A stretch of 32,000 bases of DNA from NCBI GenBank assembly GCA_000743035.1, contig CP008936.1, forward strand, positions 1,020,001 through 1,052,000. The letters run 5' to 3'. The notes under the pieces were generated by a model. The model was not told the origin of the DNA. It ran no database searches and saw nothing but the letters and a program-made list of their open reading frames with translations. Every line of letters begins with the position of its first letter. Positions within the stretch are counted from its first letter, which is position 1. The DNA is from Candidatus Paracaedimonas acanthamoebae (GTDB lineage: Bacteria > Pseudomonadota > Alphaproteobacteria > Caedimonadales > Caedimonadaceae). Positions 21,272 to 28,183 of the stretch are shown in pieces. The translations under genes and the position numbers were made by a program.

Positions 21272-21380
21272 GACGTATCACCCACACGGTCATCCTTGGG
21301 CTTGCCCCAAGGATCTCACAGGCAGCCAGGAGATGTAAATAGACGCCAGAAGGTTCTAAATGTGCGCAAGAGGCACAGGA
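21272..21380 (+). repeat. Direct repeat copy B (~105 nt), containing hairpin module B (21289-21322)
   Basis: GTCATCCTTGGGCTTGCCCCAAGGATCTCACAGG has a perfect 9-bp stem, ATCCTTGGG/CCCAAGGAT. The downstream GGCAGCCAGGAGATGTAAATAGACGCCAGAAGGT parallels copy A. Confidence 0.7.
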
Positions 21381-21446
21381 AAAGGTCAAGATCCTGTACA
21401 TGAGAAACACACACAAAAAAGGAAAGCGGAAAGATTGAAAAAATTA

Positions 21447-21475
21447 TTGTCATTTCCAAAAAAAACCTTTATATT
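21447..21475 (+). promoter_or_regulatory. Candidate sigma70 promoter of the rimP-nusA-infB-rbfA operon (TTGTCA-17 nt-TATATT)
   Basis: TTGTCA at 21447-21452, a 17-nt spacer containing A8, TATATT at 21470-21475. Confidence 0.4.
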
Positions 21476-21502
21476 CCTTTTAAATATCGACATTAAATAA
21501 TG

Positions 21503-21533
21503 AAGGTGGGTCAAAAAACCCGCCTTTTTATTT
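21503..21533 (+). terminator. Intrinsic-terminator-like hairpin immediately upstream of rimP (a leader attenuator, or the 3' end of an upstream plus-strand transcript)
   Basis: AAGGTGGGT-caaaaa-ACCCGCCTT: a 9-bp stem with one G-U pair, followed by TTTATTT. It ends 14 nt before the rimP ATG. Confidence 0.55.
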
Positions 21534-21546
21534 GGGTAATCAACAC

Positions 21547-22008
21547 ATGGAACTTATAAAAAGAATTAGAGATATCATCGAACCAACACTGAATAGTTTA
21601 GGGTATCATCTTGTTCGTGTTCAACTCTCAGGACAAGTTCGCCCGACCCTTCAGGTGATGATTGAAAAGACAGATTTAAGTGCTTTATCAATCGACGATT
21701 GCGTTAAGGCAAGCCGGCAAGTCTCTGCTCTTCTGGATGTTGAAGATCCTATTGAAAGTGCTTACCAACTTGAAGTCACGTCTCCAGGACTTGACCGCCC
21801 TCTTGTAAGTTTGCAAGATTATGTCCGCTTTCAAGGTGCTGAGATAAAACTTGAAACAGTGGTGCCTCTTGAAGGGCGTAAACGTTTCAAAGGAACCTTA
21901 TCTCAAACGAAAGAGGAGATAATCCTGCTAAAACCCGAGGACAGTGAGGCGACTGTTGAAATTGCTTATAGCAATATTCTTAAAGCAAAATTGGTGCCTC
22001 AACTTTAA
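21547..22008 (+). CDS. rimP: Ribosome maturation factor RimP
   Basis: The start is moved to the ATG at 21547 (MELIKRIRDIIEPTLNSLGYHLV...). This aligns with the RimP N-terminus, and the LDVEDPIESAYQLEVTSPGLDRPL motif is present. The track's TTG at 21532 would lie inside the terminator U-tract. Confidence 0.9.
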   Translation: MELIKRIRDIIEPTLNSLGYHLVRVQLSGQVRPTLQVMIEKTDLSALSIDDCVKASRQVSALLDVEDPIESAYQLEVTSPGLDRPLVSLQDYVRFQGAEIKLETVVPLEGRKRFKGTLSQTKEEIILLKPEDSEATVEIAYSNILKAKLVPQL

Positions 22009-22050
22009 ATTTTAATGATAGTAATAAGTTAGGAAAATAAGGCGATAACG

Positions 22051-23583
22051 ATGACATCAACAACTTCAACCGGCATAATTCGAACAGAACTTTTAAGCGT
22101 TGCAGAAACCGTTGCTCGCGAAAAAGGCATCCAACGAGATGAAGTCCTTGAAGCCATGGAAATGGCAATTCAAAAGGCTGCGCGCGCAAAATACGGTTAT
22201 GAAAGGGATATTCGGGCTGAAATTGATCGTAAAAGTGGCGAAATAACTGTTTTTGCTTGCCAAGAAGTTGTTGAAGAAATTGAGAATGAAACGATCCAAA
22301 TTTCTTTAAAAGAAGCCAAAAAAATTGATCCCTCACTTGAGATAGGTTCTTTCATAAAAACATACCTCCCCCCCATTGATTTCGGTCGTGTTGCCGCTCA
22401 AACCGCAAAACAGGTTATTTTTCAACGTGTTCGTGACGCAGAAAGACATCGCCAATATGAAGAATATAAAAATCGTGCTGGTGAAATTATTAATGGCCAG
22501 GTCAAACGGATCGAGTTTGGCAATGTGATTGTTGAATTAGGACAGAGCGAAGCCCTTTTAGCAAGAGATCAATTAATCCCTCGCGAGAATTTTCGCCCCG
22601 GCGATCGAATTCGTGCCTATATTATGGATGTCCGCCAAGAACCACGCGGCCCTCAAGTATTCCTATCACGGTCCCACCCTGAATTTATGACAAAGCTCTT
22701 CACTCAAGAAGTTCCTGAGATCTACGAAGGCGTTATCGAGGTGAAAGCTGTTGCACGCGATCCTGGGTCTCGCGCTAAGCTTGCGGTCTACAGTGCGGAT
22801 AAAAGCCTTGACCCTGTAGGCGCTTGCGTTGGATTACGCGGCAGCCGTGTAACAACAGTGATTAATGAACTCCAAGGTGAGAAAATTGATATTATTCCTT
22901 GGTCTTCCAATCCGGTGGTATTTGTTGTCAACTCTCTTATTCCGGCAGAAGCAAGCAAAGTCGTGCTTGACGAAGATAGCAATCGCGTTGAAGTGGTTGT
23001 TCCAGATGATCAGCTTAGTCTTGCTATTGGGCGCAGAGGCCAAAATGTGCGTCTTGCCAGTCAGCTAACAGGGCTTGGCATTGACGTTATTTCTGAATCC
23101 GTTGAATCTGAACGTCGCACACAAGAAGTTAAGAATCGTTCCAAATTATTCGTTGAGGCTCTTGATGTGGATGATGTCCTTGCCCATCTACTTATAACAG
23201 AAGGTTTTGATAATGTTGAAGAAATTGCCTACATTTCTCTTGGCGAGCTCTCTGGCATTGAAGGTTTAGATGAAGACTTAGCTCAAGAACTTCAAAATCG
23301 AGCGAAGAATTTCTTAACAAAACAAGAAAAAGAATTTAAGCAACGTTCACAAGAACTCGGCGTTGAAAAAACACTTCAAAACCTAGAAGGATTAACTCCC
23401 AAGCTTGTTGTCATGCTCGCAGAAAAAGGCATTACAACGCTCGATGGGCTCGCTGATCTTGCAGGTGATGAGCTCGTTGAACTTTGTCCAAAGATGGATT
23501 TAGATGGGGCTAATAAGCTTATTATGACAGCAAGAGAACATTGGTTTGAGAAAACGGATACAAAATCCAAAAAGAGTCAATAA
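22051..23583 (+). CDS. nusA: Transcription termination/antitermination factor NusA
   Basis: 510 aa. NTD, S1 domain, KH1/KH2 (GACVGLRGSRV, AIGRRGQNVRLA) and C-terminal HhH acidic repeats. Confidence 0.97.
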   Translation: MTSTTSTGIIRTELLSVAETVAREKGIQRDEVLEAMEMAIQKAARAKYGYERDIRAEIDRKSGEITVFACQEVVEEIENETIQISLKEAKKIDPSLEIGSFIKTYLPPIDFGRVAAQTAKQVIFQRVRDAERHRQYEEYKNRAGEIINGQVKRIEFGNVIVELGQSEALLARDQLIPRENFRPGDRIRAYIMDVRQEPRGPQVFLSRSHPEFMTKLFTQEVPEIYEGVIEVKAVARDPGSRAKLAVYSADKSLDPVGACVGLRGSRVTTVINELQGEKIDIIPWSSNPVVFVVNSLIPAEASKVVLDEDSNRVEVVVPDDQLSLAIGRRGQNVRLASQLTGLGIDVISESVESERRTQEVKNRSKLFVEALDVDDVLAHLLITEGFDNVEEIAYISLGELSGIEGLDEDLAQELQNRAKNFLTKQEKEFKQRSQELGVEKTLQNLEGLTPKLVVMLAEKGITTLDGLADLAGDELVELCPKMDLDGANKLIMTAREHWFEKTDTKSKKSQ

Positions 23584-23632
23584 ACAGACACTTTAAGGCT
23601 ATTTGGAATCGTTTAAAGGAAAGATAAAAGTA

Positions 23633-26134
23633 ATGACGGAACAAAAAGATTCAAAAGAAAAGAAAACATTAACCCTAGGGGGTAAGCTTTCTTTGAAAAA
23701 AACTCCTGAAAGCGGTCAAATACGCCAAAGTTTTTCTCATGGCCGTTCGAAATCAGTTGCTGTTGAAGTACGTAAGAAGCGTACTCTTGAAAAAGTTGGT
23801 GGTCCTGAAGGAGAAGGTTACGAAGGTGGCATTAAATCTGAAGGAGTAGAAGAGAAAACTGATTCAGAATTTGAAGCCCGTCTTAAGGCTGTCCAAAACG
23901 CATTAAAATCAGCACCTGATATAGAAGCACGCCTTTCTAAAGAAAGACAATTAAGAGAAGAAATGGAAGCACTGCGACTTCTTGAAATTGAAAATCAACA
24001 AAAACTAGAAGAAGAAAGACGCCAACCCCAGAAGATGGAAGAAGAGCGTCCGAAAGAAGCTCCTCCCGCTCCTGTTACTCCTTCAAAAACTACAGAACAA
24101 ACTGCTCCTGCACGCCCAAAAAAATCCTATGAAGGCGATGAGGAAGATGAAGAAGGCGAATATCGAGGTGTAAAAAAGAATATTGCTAAGCCTGTTGTCA
24201 AAAAACCAGAAACCACTGAAACAAAACGGCATGATTTTAAGCAAAGATTACATGGTCTTAGCTTTGAAGAGGCTCTTGAGGCAGATGATGAGCTTGGGCG
24301 AGGGCGTCATAATGGCGGAATACGCAAACCCAAGTTTAAGAAACCTAAAGAACCTATTGAAACAAAGTTTATTGTACGTGAAGTCAATATTCCAGAAGCA
24401 ATCTCTGTCCAAGAGCTTGCCAATCGTATGGCTATTCGCGCTGCTGAAGTTGTTAAAAAGCTTATCAGCATGGGAGTGCTCGCAACCGTTAACCAAATGA
24501 TTGATGCAGATACGGCTGAAATCGTCGTCACAGAATTTGGTCATACTTGTAAAAGGACAAAAACTGAAGATATTGGCAATATTTTGATGGCACAAGAGGA
24601 TGATGCTTCGACCATGGTCGCCAGAGCCCCTGTTGTCACTGTAATGGGACATGTGGATCACGGCAAAACGTCTCTTTTGGACGCAATCCGTAAGACAGAT
24701 GTTGCCGCCCACGAAGCCGGCGGTATTACTCAACATATTGGTGCTTATCAGGTCACTATGCCTTCAGGTAAAAAAATTACCTTTATTGATACCCCGGGCC
24801 ATGCCGCATTTACTGAAATGCGGGCTCGTGGCGCTAATGTGACAGATATTGTTATCTTAGTTGTGGCAGCAGACGATGGTATTATGGCGCAAACAATTGA
24901 AGCTATTCATCATGCCCGGGCTGCAAATGTCCCTATTATTGTTGCCATCAACAAAATTGATAAACCTGATGCTGATGTTAATCGCGTCAGAACAGCTCTT
25001 CTTCAACATGAGATTGTTCTTGAAGAAATGGGGGGAGATGTTATCGCTGTCGAAGTCTCGGCTAAGACGGGCCTTAACATCGATAAACTTGAGGAAGCTA
25101 TTCTTCTGCAAGCAGAGGTTCTGAATTTAAAAGCTAATCCTCATCGCGATGCTTTAGGAGCTGTTATTGAAGCAAGGCTTGAGAAAGGACGCGGTGCAGT
25201 GGCAACTGTTCTCATCCAACGTGGAACGCTTAAAGTTAGTGATATCTTTGTAGCTGGGACAGAATGGGGTCGTGTTCGCGCTCTCGTCGATGATCGTGGC
25301 AATAACCTTAAGCAAGCCTTTCCTTCTCAACCAATTGAAGTTATTGGCTTTAATGGAGCTCCAGGAGCTGGCGACTTATTCATTGTTGTTGAAAGCGAGG
25401 CAAAAGCTCGAGAAATCGTTGATACACGTATTGAAAACCTAAAAGCACAGCAAGCTGCTGCTTTAAGGAAAACAACCATGGATCAGCTTATTCAAAATGC
25501 TGCTGCACAAGGCGCCATGAAAGAACTTGCTGTTGTGATTAAATCAGATGTGCAAGGTTCGCTTGAGGCTATCTTGGGCAGTATTCACAAACTTGCAACT
25601 GAAGAGGTTTCAGTTCGTGTTTTATACTCGGGCGTTGGAGGAATTAGTGAAAGCGATGTTACTTTAGCAAGAGCGTCAGGAGGTTTTGTCATTGGATTTA
25701 ACGTTCGTGCAAACCAACAAGCCAGAGAGCTTGCGCATCGAGATGGTGTAGAAATACGTTATTATTCAATCATTTATGATGTCATCGATGATATTAAAGC
25801 AATTCTGGGTGGCCTACTTTCACCGACCCTTAAAGAAAATTTCTTGGGAAATGCTGAAATTCGACAAGTCTTTAATATTACCAAGGCTGGAAAAATTGCA
25901 GGTTGTTATGTGACAGAAGGGATTGTGAAACGAGGTGCTAAGGTTAGATTGCTACGCGACAACGTGGTTATTCATGAAGGCAGCTTAAAAACACTCAAAC
26001 GATTAAAAGATGAGGTCAAAGAAGTCAGGGAAGGCTTTGAGTGTGGTATGGCCTTTGAAAATTATCAAGATATTCGTGAGGGAGATATTATTGAATGTTT
26101 TGAAATTGAGTCAATTGCAAGAGCACTTGCTTAA
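23633..26134 (+). CDS. infB: Translation initiation factor IF-2
   Basis: Most likely start is the ATG at 23633 ([17 protein letters not shown]...), preceded by AAAGGAAAG. G-domain motifs [14 protein letters not shown] and NKID. Charged N-terminal region. Confidence 0.96.
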   Translation: MTEQKDSKEKKTLTLGGKLSLKKTPESGQIRQSFSHGRSKSVAVEVRKKRTLEKVGGPEGEGYEGGIKSEGVEEKTDSEFEARLKAVQNALKSAPDIEARLSKERQLREEMEALRLLEIENQQKLEEERRQPQKMEEERPKEAPPAPVTPSKTTEQTAPARPKKSYEGDEEDEEGEYRGVKKNIAKPVVKKPETTETKRHDFKQRLHGLSFEEALEADDELGRGRHNGGIRKPKFKKPKEPIETKFIVREVNIPEAISVQELANRMAIRAAEVVKKLISMGVLATVNQMIDADTAEIVVTEFGHTCKRTKTEDIGNILMAQEDDASTMVARAPVVTVMGHVDHGKTSLLDAIRKTDVAAHEAGGITQHIGAYQVTMPSGKKITFIDTPGHAAFTEMRARGANVTDIVILVVAADDGIMAQTIEAIHHARAANVPIIVAINKIDKPDADVNRVRTALLQHEIVLEEMGGDVIAVEVSAKTGLNIDKLEEAILLQAEVLNLKANPHRDALGAVIEARLEKGRGAVATVLIQRGTLKVSDIFVAGTEWGRVRALVDDRGNNLKQAFPSQPIEVIGFNGAPGAGDLFIVVESEAKAREIVDTRIENLKAQQAAALRKTTMDQLIQNAAAQGAMKELAVVIKSDVQGSLEAILGSIHKLATEEVSVRVLYSGVGGISESDVTLARASGGFVIGFNVRANQQARELAHRDGVEIRYYSIIYDVIDDIKAILGGLLSPTLKENFLGNAEIRQVFNITKAGKIAGCYVTEGIVKRGAKVRLLRDNVVIHEGSLKTLKRLKDEVKEVREGFECGMAFENYQDIREGDIIECFEIESIARALA

Positions 26135-26151
26135 ATTTAAAGCCTTACTTT

Positions 26152-26550
26152 ATGCCAAGATCTCATAAATCTTCCTCTCAAGGACCAACGCAACGCCAAC
26201 TTCGAGTTGGCGAGGAGATTCGTCATATCCTTTCAAAAATTCTAAGTCGGGGGGACTATTCCCATCCTCTTCTTGAAGAGGCAAGCGTTATTGTAACAGA
26301 AGTTCGTATTAGCCCAGATCTCAAACATGCCAAAGTGTTTATCACCTCTCTGGGAGGTAAGAATATGGAGGCTGTTGTAAAGATATTAAATGAAACAAGC
26401 TACCAGCTGCGAAATTCCTTAGGACGTACCCTTACAATCAAATACACGCCCCATCTTCAATTCAAAGCCGATACTTCATTTGAAGAAGCTGCTAAAATTG
26501 CAACTCTTCTCCACTCAGAACATGTTGCCCAAGATTTAAAGAAGAAATAA
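26152..26550 (+). CDS. rbfA: Ribosome-binding factor A
   Basis: 132 aa. RVGEEIRHILSKIL...VTEVRISPDLKHAKVF...YTPHLQFKAD is typical RbfA. Conserved position after infB. Confidence 0.93.
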   Translation: MPRSHKSSSQGPTQRQLRVGEEIRHILSKILSRGDYSHPLLEEASVIVTEVRISPDLKHAKVFITSLGGKNMEAVVKILNETSYQLRNSLGRTLTIKYTPHLQFKADTSFEEAAKIATLLHSEHVAQDLKKK

Positions 26551-26671
26551 TTCTTGATTTATATAATAGAAATATTTTTTAGACCTCACCGTACGATAAA
26601 TTATAATTAATCATTTATTAATATTGAAATTTTATAATTTTATTATATCAATTTTATCATAAGTTAAGAAC

Positions 26672-27337
26672 ATGTTTTCTTTTTTTAAAAAATATTCTCT
26701 TATTTTATCTTTTACTTCTATAGTTCTCGTTTATTTTTCCCAAAATCTTGAAGCTTCCGACCAGAAAATAACACATGACAGTATTAATGGTGACAAAGTA
26801 TTATTAAAAGAAATAGCTTCTACTATCTTTAGTAGGCAACAAGACATCTCTTATATTAGTGATAAAATATGTACGCATGGGCCGGAGATTTACAAATATT
26901 GGAAAAAAAATAAATGGCAAACTCTAGATACCTCACAACGGACTAGAATAAAGCAGGACTTAACCAGCAAATTTAATATAGATGAAGACCAAGTTAGGCG
27001 CCTATTACAAAGAGATCATTACTATTTACTAAATACAGAGATAATAAGTAATTATCTTACATATGGTAAAAAAGCTATTGAGAATGGAAGTATTATTCTC
27101 GATATAAGCAAGGGAAATGGGAAGTATGGTATTGTTGTGACTATGGAATTTCCAGAGATCCAAGTTGGAGAAAAAATTACGAGAGCTGAACCAAAATATA
27201 CACGTCATCCAACTCATACCTTAAAAATAACCTTTGATGTTGATATGATTGTAAAAAATATGTTGGCTAACAATACTAAAAATTGGGATGAAAAGAAGGA
27301 TGGAAAAATTTCAACCCTATGCCCAGCAGATGAATAA
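26672..27337 (+). CDS. Orphan secreted protein (signal peptide, no domain recognised)
   Basis: 221 aa. N-terminal hydrophobic signal (LILSFTSIVLVYFSQNLEAS). Lys/Asn/Ile-rich and very AT-rich coding sequence. I recognise no motif. Confidence 0.6.
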   Translation: MFSFFKKYSLILSFTSIVLVYFSQNLEASDQKITHDSINGDKVLLKEIASTIFSRQQDISYISDKICTHGPEIYKYWKKNKWQTLDTSQRTRIKQDLTSKFNIDEDQVRRLLQRDHYYLLNTEIISNYLTYGKKAIENGSIILDISKGNGKYGIVVTMEFPEIQVGEKITRAEPKYTRHPTHTLKITFDVDMIVKNMLANNTKNWDEKKDGKISTLCPADE

Positions 27338-27338
27338 C

Positions 27339-27367
27339 TTGACAAATGTGTACAAATAAAGTAACCT
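27339..27367 (+). promoter_or_regulatory. Candidate promoter for the LRR gene (TTGACA-17 nt-TAACCT)
   Basis: TTGACA at 27339-27344 and TAACCT at 27362-27367. It overlaps a weak hairpin, GTAACCT-ttact-AGGTTAT, at 27361-27379. Confidence 0.3.
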
Positions 27368-27397
27368 TTACTAGGTTATTTATTTAAGAGGTTACCA

Positions 27398-28183
27398 TTG
27401 TTAATTTTTTCTTCTCTTAGAATTTTTTTATTAACTTTTTTATCCCCTCTTATTTTTATAGAAACTTTTGCAAGTGTTATAATGCTTGAAACCACGTACG
27501 AGAGATCAGCCTCCCTTCCAGCGACAACTCCCATCTTAGAACTGCATCCTCATCTTGAAGAAGAAGATGGGGTATTTATTATTCAAGACTTTAAAGATAT
27601 AACAGCGATCAATATTCAAGGAACTCAATATTATAAACTTGATCTCACAGACCAGAATATAAATCTGGAAAAGTTAGAAATATTAGCTAAATACCAATCT
27701 CATATAACTCATTTAAATCTCTCAGAAAATTCTTTAGAAACTAGAGAGTTGATGGCTTTACTTCCTTTTCATACCCTCGACTCCCTCATTCTGCGTGAAA
27801 ATAATTTTGATGACAAAGGGTTAGAATATGTAGGCCAGTTAATACAACTTCGCTTCCTTAATATTAAATATAATGAACGAATCACGAGTAAAGGCATTCA
27901 AGCTTTGTCTCCGTTAACACATCTCGAAAGACTTGACGCAAGCTGTATTAATTTAGGAAATGAAGGTATCCGCGCTATTATTGCGACATTTCCTCATTTA
28001 AAAACTGTTGATATTCATGCCTGTGGCTTAACAGATGGAAGTATCTTAACAGATCTATTGAGAATGGAGCACCTGAAGGCCCTTAACATCCAATCAAATC
28101 CTATTAATAGCCAAGAATTAAAGAGTTTTTTACAAGCTGCAACAGAAAAAGGGCTTAGTGTAAAAAGCGATGTTCAAGCTTAG
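27398..28183 (+). CDS. Secreted leucine-rich-repeat protein (RI/FBXL-like ~25-aa LRRs)
   Basis: 261 aa. TTG start 7 nt after an AAGAGG SD. N-terminal hydrophobic signal. About six consecutive ~25-aa repeats of the form L..L.L..N.I...G...L (for example LRFLNIKYNERITSKGIQALSPLTH and LERLDASCINLGNEGIRAIIATFPH). Confidence 0.75.
   Translation: MLIFSSLRIFLLTFLSPLIFIETFASVIMLETTYERSASLPATTPILELHPHLEEEDGVFIIQDFKDITAINIQGTQYYKLDLTDQNINLEKLEILAKYQSHITHLNLSENSLETRELMALLPFHTLDSLILRENNFDDKGLEYVGQLIQLRFLNIKYNERITSKGIQALSPLTHLERLDASCINLGNEGIRAIIATFPHLKTVDIHACGLTDGSILTDLLRMEHLKALNIQSNPINSQELKSFLQAATEKGLSVKSDVQA

Noticed and set aside
20951-21400. Repeats A, B and C as a CRISPR array, DGR template/variable repeat pair, integron attC sites or IS terminal inverted repeats
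   Set aside because: There are only three irregularly spaced copies in mixed orientation. No cas, reverse transcriptase, intI or transposase gene lies in or near the locus. The A-versus-B differences are not adenine-specific. No GTTRRRY/RYYYAAC attC cores are present.
21255-21401. 48-aa minus-strand ORF (MYRILTFSCASCAHLEPSG...) covering repeat copy B
   Set aside because: The equivalent frame in repeat copy A is interrupted by stops (ATGATGAAGACCTACTAG). It has no SD, and it is most simply a by-product of the repeat.
21532-21546. TTG start at 21532 for rimP, as given by the ORF track
   Set aside because: It would lie within the terminator U-tract. Homology to the RimP N-terminus begins at the ATG at 21547 (MELIKRI...).
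21980-22336. 118-aa minus-strand ORF spanning the rimP/nusA junction, and 162-aa and 74-aa minus-strand ORFs inside infB (24248-24736, 24307-24531)
   Set aside because: They are antisense to highly conserved operon genes, have no motifs, and their length is expected by chance opposite long ORFs.
23603-23632. Upstream alternative start for infB ([10 protein letters not shown]...)
   Set aside because: The ATG at 23633 yields the typical alphaproteobacterial IF2 N-terminus ([15 protein letters not shown]...) and is preceded by a purine-rich SD.
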